64,000 nucleotides of DNA, from contig JAFIGI010000015.1 of NCBI GenBank assembly GCA_020831465.1, positions 1,681-65,680 of the forward strand, read 5' to 3'. Positions 16,799 to 25,393 of the stretch are shown here, one piece after another. Positions within the stretch are counted from its first letter, which is position 1, and each line of letters begins with the position of its first letter. This DNA comes from Chlamydiales bacterium (GTDB taxonomy: Bacteria; Chlamydiota; Chlamydiia; Chlamydiales; JAAKFR01). The notes under the pieces are model-generated. The model had not been told where the DNA came from. It searched no databases and saw only the letters and a program-made list of their open reading frames with translations. Made by a program: the position numbers and the translations under genes.

Positions 16799-17839
16799 AT
16801 GTCAGGAGTGCAAGGTGCAGGAGAAGCGGCCGTTACTACTTCAACAACCTTTAATGCCATTCAAAAGTTCAAAACTTCAGACCTTTGCGAAAGAGTCTGC
16901 CCTCATTGGAGAATGTCCGCGGGGATCATCTGTCTCGTGGCTTCAGTGGTCGCGGTTTGTTGCGCGCTTGTCTGGAATACCCATTGGCTTTGCATCCCGT
17001 TCGGGTTGAGCGCTATTGGCGCAGGCTATGCGATCTATCTAGGCTATGAGTACCGCAACCTTCAAACTTTTGAGAGAAGCAATGAGCAGCTCCTACTCTC
17101 GTTATCAGTGTTCAAAGGGGAAAACAGACGTCTTAGCAACCAGGTTGAAGAATTAAAACAAGCCAATATGCAATTGCAACAATCCGCTCAGAAATTCGAA
17201 AAGTTGTTAGAAGAAAGCAGAGCCGCAAATACGGATCATGAAAACTTGATCAAACAACTCGAAAAAGAGATCGAGGAATTGAAGGCAGTTCGAGACCAAT
17301 TTCTCAATAAAGCTCAATCACATGTTCAACAACTCAACGAACTTAAAAAATCTCTATCTGGAATTCATCAATCAGCTTCCGGTAATCACAAAGTTTTCGG
17401 AGAGCAACTCAACATATTTATAGAAAAGTTAAACCAGTTAGACGAATCTGAAAAAGGATTTACCGAAGCATGCTCGGAAGCAGAAAGAACAATGCTGGCG
17501 CAAACCGGAGCTTTGATCGAAACGGGCAATGAAATTAAAGAGACTTTAGAAGTAATCAAAAAATGGAAGGATAAATCTCAAGTCGCACAACATATCGATC
17601 TGTTACAAAATCTTCATAAACAATTGCTTGAGTCAACAGAAAAATTCGTTAAGACGAAAAAGGAAATAGAAAATCTTGAAAATCAAGTTGTTGAACTCGA
17701 AAAAACTAAAATTGCCTTAGACTTTGCTATAGACTCTTTACGTGGAGAAATTCAGCGCCTTGGAATTGGAACGAATAAATTAGATGACCTCACAGGTAAA
17801 ATTAATCAAATCATTAAAGACAGAGTAGATGATGGCTAA
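16799..17839 (+). CDS. Inc-like membrane protein: bilobed hydrophobic hairpin plus a long coiled coil
   Basis: aa 41-83 read AGIICLVASVVAVCCALVW-NTH-WLCIPFGLSAIGAGYAIYLGY. The remaining roughly 260 aa are heptad-rich, E/K/Q/L coiled-coil-like sequence. Confidence 0.55.
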   Translation: MSGVQGAGEAAVTTSTTFNAIQKFKTSDLCERVCPHWRMSAGIICLVASVVAVCCALVWNTHWLCIPFGLSAIGAGYAIYLGYEYRNLQTFERSNEQLLLSLSVFKGENRRLSNQVEELKQANMQLQQSAQKFEKLLEESRAANTDHENLIKQLEKEIEELKAVRDQFLNKAQSHVQQLNELKKSLSGIHQSASGNHKVFGEQLNIFIEKLNQLDESEKGFTEACSEAERTMLAQTGALIETGNEIKETLEVIKKWKDKSQVAQHIDLLQNLHKQLLESTEKFVKTKKEIENLENQVVELEKTKIALDFAIDSLRGEIQRLGIGTNKLDDLTGKINQIIKDRVDDG

Positions 17840-18587
17840 TACAGATTGGGAGAATGTGGAAAAATGGTATGGCGCTCTCGTTGGCAAGGAGGGGCATTAC
17901 TACCACCAACACGTGATCCTTCCAAATCTTCTCCCCCTTCTCAGCATCGATGGCTGTTCGAAAGTTCTCGATTTAGGCTGTGGACAGGGTGTGCTTGCCC
18001 GTAGCCTCCCTAAAGAAGCCGGTTACCACGGGTTCGATTTATCTGCCTCGCTGCTCCAACAAGCAGGAAAAGGAAAACAGCGCTCTCACCGCTTCACCAA
18101 AGCCGATATCTGCAAACCTCTTCCCATCAAAGAGAGCGACTTTACTCATGCACTCATCATCCTTGCGCTGCAAAATGTTGCCGCACCGGATAAGGCGCTG
18201 AAAAACGCGGCAAAACACCTGCAGCCGGGCGGCATTCTCGCGATTGTCCTCAATCATCCCTGCTTCCGTATTCCGCGTCAATCCCACTGGGGGATAGATC
18301 ACGAGAAGAAACTCCAGTATCGGCGGATCGACCTCTATCTTACTCCTCTGAAGATTCCGATTCAAACCCATCCCAGCCAAAAACAAAAGTCTGAGGCGAC
18401 CTGGTCTTTTCACCGCCCCATTTCAGCCTATAGCCGTTACTTGGCTGAAGCCGGATTCGCGATTTTACAAATTGAAGAATGGACGTCTGATAAAAAAAGC
18501 ACAGGAAAGGCAGCTCGGATGGAAAATAGAGCCAGAGCCGAGTTTCCCCTCTTCCTCACCTTTATCTGTCAAAAAGTGGATTCTTGA
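17829..18587 (+). CDS. class I SAM-dependent methyltransferase
   Basis: Motif I VLDLGCGQGVLA and post-I HGFDLS. Overlaps the upstream gene by 11 nt. Confidence 0.75.
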   Translation: MMANTDWENVEKWYGALVGKEGHYYHQHVILPNLLPLLSIDGCSKVLDLGCGQGVLARSLPKEAGYHGFDLSASLLQQAGKGKQRSHRFTKADICKPLPIKESDFTHALIILALQNVAAPDKALKNAAKHLQPGGILAIVLNHPCFRIPRQSHWGIDHEKKLQYRRIDLYLTPLKIPIQTHPSQKQKSEATWSFHRPISAYSRYLAEAGFAILQIEEWTSDKKSTGKAARMENRARAEFPLFLTFICQKVDS

Positions 18588-18673
18588 GATAGAATCGATT
18601 AAAAAAGATGCGAAAAAAGATCCAAGGATCCACCATGAAAATTTAGGTAGACGACCTAAAGTAAAAAAAAATC

Positions 18674-19990
18674 ATGAAAATAGAGTGGATTCAGAATCTC
18701 AAAAAAGAGATCTGGCGTACCGACCTGCAATCGCTCCCCAAGTTTAAGGCTAATTGGATCCGCTTTTTACGTGTGACCATCCTCGTAAGCCAGGGGTTTA
18801 CCAAAATGCAAATCCAGCAGGGCGCCTCGGCACTTACCTACTATTCCCTTCTGGCTCTTGTCCCGATCCTTGCGCTGTTAATGGGAATTGCCCGCGGGTT
18901 TGGTCTTGAAGAAGCGCTGGAAAAGTGGCTGATCGAGCAATTCGTCGAACAAAAATTTATAATCAACCAAATATTTGAATTTGCCCGCACATCACTTGAA
19001 ACTGCACATCAAGGAGTAATTGCCGGTATCGGGATTTTACTTTTGCTCTGGGCCGGCATTAAGATCTTTATGTATATCGAAGCAAACCTGAACTTTATCT
19101 GGGAGGTAAAGGGCGAAAGGAGTTTAGCACGCAGATTTACCGACTATCTTGCTATGCTTCTTCTTTTCCCCATTATTGTTTTGCTTTCAAGCGGAATCAC
19201 GGTCTACCTATCTGCAACAGTTACGGCGCTTATGGAGGGAGGATTTCTTGAAAAAGTCGGGGTCTACCTCGTTCCCCTGTTGAATCTGATTCCCTACGTA
19301 CTGATCTGCCTGCTCTTTACATTCCTCTACATCTTCATGCCAAACACGCACGTTCGTTTTCTTCCCGCCCTTTGGGCTGGCATCATTGCCGGCAGCATCT
19401 ACCAACTTGTCCAGTGGGCCTATCTTTATTTTCAAATCGGGGTCACCGGGTATAATGCAATCTATGGAACTTTTGCCGCCCTTCCTTTGCTCTTAATTTG
19501 GATTCATCTTAGCTGGGTGATTATCCTTTTAGGAGCAAAAATCTCTTTCGCCTTTCAAAACGTGAATGCCTTTGATTTCCTAACAGAAGATGTCCATCTT
19601 AGCCACCGTTTCCGCATGATTTTATCATTAAGGATCACCCATCTTTCTATTAAAAGTTTTTTGGAAGAAGAGCTTCCCCCATCAGCTATCGAGGTCTCAA
19701 ATAAACTCTCAATTCCCCTCCCTTTGACAAGTCATCTTCTCTATCAATTGGCCGAAGCGGGCGTTCTATCTAAAGTAAAGAGAGATAGAGACGAAGAGGT
19801 CGGATTCCAACCTGCCCGTAACTTGGATAAACTGACGATAAAATCGGTTATTGATATGATTAACGCCAGGGGGGAAGAGATTCCGTTGCCCTCTTCTCCG
19901 GAAATTGATTTGATACTAAAAAGTTTAGATGAATTTGATAGAGCTATTAATGAATCGGATGGTAATGCTCCATTAAAAGATTTTGTTTAA
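18674..19990 (+). CDS. YihY/BrkB-family membrane protein with a C-terminal winged-helix-like extension
   Basis: GASALTYYSLLALVPILAL and six TM segments are typical of YihY. The C-terminal roughly 130 aa (AIEVSNKLSIPLPLTSHLLYQLAEAGVLSKV) look Rrf2/wHTH-like. Confidence 0.7.
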   Translation: MKIEWIQNLKKEIWRTDLQSLPKFKANWIRFLRVTILVSQGFTKMQIQQGASALTYYSLLALVPILALLMGIARGFGLEEALEKWLIEQFVEQKFIINQIFEFARTSLETAHQGVIAGIGILLLLWAGIKIFMYIEANLNFIWEVKGERSLARRFTDYLAMLLLFPIIVLLSSGITVYLSATVTALMEGGFLEKVGVYLVPLLNLIPYVLICLLFTFLYIFMPNTHVRFLPALWAGIIAGSIYQLVQWAYLYFQIGVTGYNAIYGTFAALPLLLIWIHLSWVIILLGAKISFAFQNVNAFDFLTEDVHLSHRFRMILSLRITHLSIKSFLEEELPPSAIEVSNKLSIPLPLTSHLLYQLAEAGVLSKVKRDRDEEVGFQPARNLDKLTIKSVIDMINARGEEIPLPSSPEIDLILKSLDEFDRAINESDGNAPLKDFV

Positions 19991-20064
19991 ATATCAATAA
20001 TAATGAAAATTAAATCAGATAATGATATTATTATCGCTAAAAAACGATTAAACCATTTCTTTTT

Positions 20065-23000
20065 ATGCCCCGTTTTCTTAAAACTATCCTCTGGGCTTTA
20101 GCTTCCCTGGTCCTTCTCTGTTTTGCCTCTATAGCTCTTCTACCTACAATCATCTCAACCTCCTGGGGAACGAAAAAAGCCGTCGAAGTATTTAATAAAC
20201 AAGGCCGCGGCACCCTTTCCATCGAAGATCTCCATTTAAGTTGGCTAGGGGGGCAAACGCTTCATGATCTGGTATACAAAGACGAAAATGGAGAGACGCT
20301 TCTCAGCATCGAAATGTTGAATACGCGAACCTCTCTCTTCTATCTTTTCTTTGGAGGAGAGATTCTGGGCGATACAATAATCCGCGAACCCTATGTTGTC
20401 ATCGGGCAAACCCAGAAGGAGGATTCTAAGAAGGAAGAGAAAAAAGAGAGGCGGAAAAGAAAAAGCGGCTCTCGGTGGGCGAAATATATATTTCAAACAA
20501 GTGCGAATTTCTCTTTGCATGATGGGACTGTAATCTTTAAGCCGAATCAAGGCGATCCGATTTCGATCAGTGCGATAAGTATTCAAAAGATTCAAGAACA
20601 AAACAGTTTTCATATTGCTGCCAATACGCGTCAAAGAGGAGTGGAAGGGAGTGTTGAAGTCGACATATCACTGCAAGAAAAGGTTTGCGTATCAGGAGAA
20701 GTGAAAAATTTCCCCTTGGAGATCTTAGATCAATTCGATCAATCGACACGCTGTTCTGACGCATTTGGAAAAACAATGGATATCAACTTTAATCTTGCTA
20801 AAAAGCAAGAGGAGTCAATCTCCCTAATTGCCGATATCAAGTCTCAAAATTTAAATGGATTGCTCAAGGGCGAGACGAGGGAGAACAAGCTCTTTCTCGA
20901 CCCGTCAAGCCGCCTTGCCTTTACAATGACCCCTAGATTTTTTAAATCTTTGTTGCCTGAAAACCAAAAAGATGAGTGGTCGTTAGCGCATAATACGGAT
21001 ATAAAACTTGAAATCTCAAAAGGAATTTTCCCTTTGAATTTTAAAAAGCCCGATTTCAGCGATACCATTCTTCAGTCGACGGCAACCGTCGAGCGGGCTG
21101 AAATCAACCATAAGACTTTGGGGGGCTACGCGCTTAAATCTTTTTCAGCTGAAATTAACATATTGAAGACGCTTGAAATCACCTATGGGGGAGAAATTCA
21201 AGGAAGAGAACAGAGCCTCTTGTCCGGAAAGGTCTCAGTCTCTCCTGAAGAGGGAATCTCTTTTATCTCAAACTTCCATGGGTTTCCTGTCAGCCTGATC
21301 CGCCTACTCTCCCCAGAGATCGAAAAAAACATCGACATCTTAACCGGCCGCTTTTTCAATCTTAATACGGAAGGGAGATACCAGCAGGGTAAGCTAGAGA
21401 TGAACATCAACCTTTCCGCTCCGAGCTTCTATCTGAACAGCACCCTAAACGGCAGCCTCGATCAGATGAATTTCGCTCTTTCAGGAAATAAAAAAATGGC
21501 GGGCCCCTCGACTCTCTATTTCGGCTCGGAAATGGATTTCGAAATTGACGGTCAAGCAAAAATCTCGAAAAACGAAATGTCAATTCCGCTTTTGAACGGC
21601 ACGATCTCAACGCCTTATTACAAGGTCGATGTGAAAGGGGCGATCGGTAAAAAAGAAAAACGGCTGAGCTTGAACGATGTAGAACTTATTGCAACCGGTG
21701 AAGTGATCGACCTCCCCTATAGCAACGAATTTCCCGAAGTGGCCTTAAAAAACGGTGGTTTTTTTATCAATATAGACGGCCAGTCGAATAAAATTTCCGG
21801 CGAGGCGTTCGTCAATACTCAAATAACTTCAGATCAAGGTCTCTTTGATTCCAAGGCGTTGCAGGCTCGTTTTGAAATTGCCGATTCTATCCAAGAAAAC
21901 TCAATCGATTTAAAAAAAGCGAATATCTCATTTAAAACAGAACTCGATCATCTTCCTCTTGCCTTGCTCAATCCGATCCTCCCGGGAGAAATCGATATCA
22001 CAAAGCTTTTTGGAAAAACCGCGACAATCACAGCGCAAGGAAACTATAGAAACAATCTCTTTTCCCTCGATTTTAGCGGCAAGGGTGAAAGAGTCGATAC
22101 CCAACTTTCAATCATGATTGATGAGACCTTAAACATCACACAGAAAAAGCCGGGTTATGTCCACTGGCAATTGACACCGGAAGGTTACAACAAGCTGATC
22201 AACTTCTTCCGCCCCGAGCATAAACAGGTCTTCTACTTGGCGAAACCCGCTTCGATCGATCTTTCAATCAAAGAGCTTACATGCCCGGCAACTCAGCCTA
22301 AAGGATTTGGACAGTTCCTTTGCGAAACAGGAATTGTGGGAGATCTCGAAATCGGACCGCTCACGTTTCAAAGCCAAGAAGCACAGGAATATTTGGTCGT
22401 CAAAAAAACGTCCGGTTCGATCAAAGGAGAGAATTTCTCCAAGGCGATCGAACTGCACTTGCGTGGGGATATTCTTGCCCAGAACGTGCCCCAATCCGAA
22501 AAGTCTTCTTTCCAATTCGACGGCGTGATGGTTAATTTTTGGACGCCGGAAGGGAAATTCAACCGTGAAGGCCTCGCTGTTGATGGAGAGTTAAGCCTGG
22601 AGCTTCTCCCGGTGCGTCAAATTACCGAAATCTATCCGATGGATGAGGATACCAAACGTTTGGTCCAGGCAGTTCTCGGCGAACTTGTGAATGCGAGGAT
22701 CTATGGAAGAATTTCCCAGATGACCGGGCCGCTTACCGTGGATGTGAAATCATCTAATTTCAAAGCGACTTTGCCAATCCTTTTCTACCCCAACGCCATC
22801 TACTTAAGGGAGGCTGTGAATGCCGAAATCACCGTTACCCCGGAGGTAAACCAAACGCTAATCGCCGATATCAACCCTCTCCTGATCACTGGAGTCTATT
22901 CGGATCACCCTATCAAAATTTTCATCGATCCCCAAGGATTCGTTCTTCCCATCCGCCCCTACTATCTCCAAGGCGTGCAAATAGGCAGGGCCGTGATCGA

Positions 23001-23502
23001 CATCGGGAAAATTTGCGTGCGCAACGGCGGTCAGATTCAAAAGTTGATGAGCTTTTTAAAAGCAACCGACATCACTCCTGAAGGGGAGATGCACGCCTGG
23101 TTCACCCCTATCTTCATGAGCCTGAATAATGGAGTCGCGGTCTATCCTCGGTTCGACATGCTCCTTGCCAACGAATTTCACATCGGCCTATGGGGATCGG
23201 TTAACCTGATCAACAAACAGGTCGATATGACGCTTGGGATCGCTCCTTCGACCCTCAAGAAGCGCTTCAATGTCAAAGGAATCCCTAAAAAAGACATGTT
23301 TCAAGTGAAGATGCGGGGCACAACGGAGAAGCTCGACCTCGACTGGAGTTCAGCTTCAACCCGCATTGGGATTCTAATCGCAAAAACGGCAACCGGGCAT
23401 ATTGGAGCGATTATCGGAGGGATTATCGAACAGATTATGGGAGCATTGGGAGAGGAGCCGACCCCCCCTCCAACAACCTCCCCTTTCCCCTGGGAAAGAT
23501 AA
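20065..23502 (+). CDS. large N-terminally anchored envelope protein, AsmA/TamB-like by architecture
   Basis: A single N-terminal TM (ILWALASLVLLCFASIALLPTII) followed by about 1100 aa of beta-rich sequence. The N-terminal segment WGTKKAVEVFNKQGRGTLSIEDLHLSWLGG resembles AsmA-like N-termini. Pro-rich C-terminal tail. Confidence 0.4.
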   Translation: MPRFLKTILWALASLVLLCFASIALLPTIISTSWGTKKAVEVFNKQGRGTLSIEDLHLSWLGGQTLHDLVYKDENGETLLSIEMLNTRTSLFYLFFGGEILGDTIIREPYVVIGQTQKEDSKKEEKKERRKRKSGSRWAKYIFQTSANFSLHDGTVIFKPNQGDPISISAISIQKIQEQNSFHIAANTRQRGVEGSVEVDISLQEKVCVSGEVKNFPLEILDQFDQSTRCSDAFGKTMDINFNLAKKQEESISLIADIKSQNLNGLLKGETRENKLFLDPSSRLAFTMTPRFFKSLLPENQKDEWSLAHNTDIKLEISKGIFPLNFKKPDFSDTILQSTATVERAEINHKTLGGYALKSFSAEINILKTLEITYGGEIQGREQSLLSGKVSVSPEEGISFISNFHGFPVSLIRLLSPEIEKNIDILTGRFFNLNTEGRYQQGKLEMNINLSAPSFYLNSTLNGSLDQMNFALSGNKKMAGPSTLYFGSEMDFEIDGQAKISKNEMSIPLLNGTISTPYYKVDVKGAIGKKEKRLSLNDVELIATGEVIDLPYSNEFPEVALKNGGFFINIDGQSNKISGEAFVNTQITSDQGLFDSKALQARFEIADSIQENSIDLKKANISFKTELDHLPLALLNPILPGEIDITKLFGKTATITAQGNYRNNLFSLDFSGKGERVDTQLSIMIDETLNITQKKPGYVHWQLTPEGYNKLINFFRPEHKQVFYLAKPASIDLSIKELTCPATQPKGFGQFLCETGIVGDLEIGPLTFQSQEAQEYLVVKKTSGSIKGENFSKAIELHLRGDILAQNVPQSEKSSFQFDGVMVNFWTPEGKFNREGLAVDGELSLELLPVRQITEIYPMDEDTKRLVQAVLGELVNARIYGRISQMTGPLTVDVKSSNFKATLPILFYPNAIYLREAVNAEITVTPEVNQTLIADINPLLITGVYSDHPIKIFIDPQGFVLPIRPYYLQGVQIGRAVIDIGKICVRNGGQIQKLMSFLKATDITPEGEMHAWFTPIFMSLNNGVAVYPRFDMLLANEFHIGLWGSVNLINKQVDMTLGIAPSTLKKRFNVKGIPKKDMFQVKMRGTTEKLDLDWSSASTRIGILIAKTATGHIGAIIGGIIEQIMGALGEEPTPPPTTSPFPWER

Positions 23503-23504
23503 CC

Positions 23505-23523
23505 TATAGCAGATTCTGCTATA
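23505..23523. repeat. 19-nt palindrome TATAGCAGA-T-TCTGCTATA
   Basis: Perfect 9+1+9 palindrome between the stop of the 1145-aa gene (23502) and the stop of the 2TM gene (23536). It contains the 12-mer GATTCTGCTATA. TGGTATAAT follows at 23525-23533. Confidence 0.7.
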
Positions 23524-23535
23524 TTGGTATAATAT

Positions 23536-23829
23536 TCACTTTTTTTTGCTTTTCTCTTTCTTAACCAGATCGTTAATCTTTTTCTCCTCCCATTCCTCAC
23601 CTAAAAAATTATCTTTGATGGTGAAGGTGTTGAATGCTTGAATGACTAGGACAGCTCCCCAGATGAGTGTGACCCAATAAAACCATAGATCTCTCGGGCT
23701 AAGAACAAGATTGATCACTACTAGGATTAAGTTTACAATAACATAGGAAATTAAATTTGAGTAAAATCCGCGGACACGGCGAACCCGGGCTTGGGCCCTT
23801 TTGTATATCTCTTCATCTTTATCAGGCAT
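23536..23829 (-). CDS. 2TM-domain protein
   Basis: RVRRVRGFYSNLISYVIVNLILVVINL...WFYWVTLIWGAVLVIQAF fits the 2TM (PF13239-like) pattern. AGGAGA SD upstream. Confidence 0.7.
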   Translation of the reverse strand: MPDKDEEIYKRAQARVRRVRGFYSNLISYVIVNLILVVINLVLSPRDLWFYWVTLIWGAVLVIQAFNTFTIKDNFLGEEWEEKKINDLVKKEKSKKK

Positions 23830-23840
23830 AATGTTCTCCT

Positions 23841-23888
23841 TTATAGCAGAATCCTTCCTGTATTTTTTTTTAACTGATTCTGCTATAA
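23841..23888. repeat. perfect 13-bp inverted repeat TTATAGCAGAATC ... GATTCTGCTATAA with a 22-nt spacer
   Basis: Arms at 23841-23853 and 23876-23888. On the minus strand it lies between the mgtE stop (23903) and the SD of the 2TM gene. Same motif as 23505-23523. Confidence 0.7.
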
Positions 23889-23902
23889 TGTGCAGAGCAG
23901 CG

Positions 23903-25393
23903 TTAAATAAAAAATACGGTGTTTAAAATTCCTGATATCACAAAGAACATTATCATGGACATAATATCGTTAAATGCCGTTACGATAGGCCCTGATGCGA
24001 GAGCGGGATCCACCCCGATGCGGGCAAAGAAAAAGGGGGAAGAGACGCCAAGAGTTGTTGCGGTTAATGAGGCTCCTAAGACTCCCGCAGCCACAGTGAC
24101 TCCGAGTTGAATCGAGTTCCCATGAAATTCGCCAATCTCAAAACTGCTTAAAAGGTAGACAATCACACCACATAAACACCCGAAAACGGTTCCTGTCAAC
24201 ATTCCGATCGACATCTCTTTTACTACAGTTTCTCCTTTTTTTCCTGCAGAGAGAACGCCAATCGCCATGCTCCGTACCAAAACAGTGCTGCACTGAACTC
24301 CTACATTTCCGGACATCCCGTTGATAAGTGGAATAAAGAAGAAGATCATCGCAAGCAGCTCAGCTTCGATCCCCTGAAAGTAGGACATGACCGAAGCGCT
24401 GATTAGCCCGGCAAATAGGGTGACAAGCAGCCAGGGAGCGCGGGCAAAAAAACGTTTAAAGACATGGTCATATTCGCTGACATCTTCGGCCGTTCCGGCC
24501 ATCCAGGCAATTGTTTCATCTGCGATGTCTTCTATCGCTTCGACCACATCTTCGTAGGTAATGACCCCGACTAGGAGATAGTCTTCATTGAGAACGGGAA
24601 GAGCCGGAATCTTGTAGCGTTCGACCAAATCAACAACCTCCTCTCTTGAGGCGTCGGCATAAACGAAATGATCAATTTCGCGCATGACTTGCTTGAGAGG
24701 CAAATGGGGAGGATTCACAATCAAGTTGCGCGCAGGAACAAAACCTTTCAATTCCCCTTTGTGGTCGAGAACGAAGATACGGCGCGTCATATCGATCCCC
24801 GGATTATCGCGAATAAAAGAGGCCGCTTCGGAAACCGTTGTATCCAAGGGAAAAGCGAAAAATTCATTGGTCATTAAGCGTCCGGCGCTGTTACGGCTGT
24901 GTTTCTGCAGCTCGCGGATTTGCATCGCCTTCTTTGTGTCGATCAGATCAAGAACGCGGCGGTAACGCCGCTCAGGTAGGTCGTCCAAAACCCATACGGC
25001 TTCATCGGAAGGCATCTTTTCAATGACCTTCCCAATCTCGCTATCCTTTTGTGAACGGAGAACGGCCCAACGAGTAGGTCCATCGGTATTGATGAGAAAG
25101 GAGACTTTTGCGGGGATGTCCGGCAGGTTTTCATAGAGAACTGGACGGGCATTGGGAGGGAGGCGTGAAGAGGCGTAAGCCAGGTCGATCGGATTGTACT
25201 CGCTGGCTATTTTCGCAATATCATGGAAATGGATATTGAAAGTCGTTTTATGAAAGGCCTCTTCCAAACGCTCGCTTAGCTCATCATCAAGATGGCTCGT
25301 TCTCGAATCCATCAAATTCCCTGCGCTGACATATTCTTCAGATTCCCTATCTACCATATACAAACTCTTTAAAAAGATCGGTTTCACGAACAT
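23903..25393 (-). CDS. mgtE: magnesium transporter MgtE
   Basis: N-domain, tandem CBS region (FVLDHKGELKGFVPARNLI / LPVLNEDYLLVGVITYEDV) and the C-terminal five-TM MgtE channel. The start is uncertain (25393, 25357 or 25312). It overlaps the end of the TPR gene. Confidence 0.85.
   Translation of the reverse strand: MFVKPIFLKSLYMVDRESEEYVSAGNLMDSRTSHLDDELSERLEEAFHKTTFNIHFHDIAKIASEYNPIDLAYASSRLPPNARPVLYENLPDIPAKVSFLINTDGPTRWAVLRSQKDSEIGKVIEKMPSDEAVWVLDDLPERRYRRVLDLIDTKKAMQIRELQKHSRNSAGRLMTNEFFAFPLDTTVSEAASFIRDNPGIDMTRRIFVLDHKGELKGFVPARNLIVNPPHLPLKQVMREIDHFVYADASREEVVDLVERYKIPALPVLNEDYLLVGVITYEDVVEAIEDIADETIAWMAGTAEDVSEYDHVFKRFFARAPWLLVTLFAGLISASVMSYFQGIEAELLAMIFFFIPLINGMSGNVGVQCSTVLVRSMAIGVLSAGKKGETVVKEMSIGMLTGTVFGCLCGVIVYLLSSFEIGEFHGNSIQLGVTVAAGVLGASLTATTLGVSSPFFFARIGVDPALASGPIVTAFNDIMSMIMFFVISGILNTVFFI

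Noticed and set aside
25347-25393. Possible M-box (Mg2+) riboswitch ahead of mgtE
   Set aside because: The mgtE start overlaps the end of the TPR gene, so there is no leader in which a riboswitch could sit.
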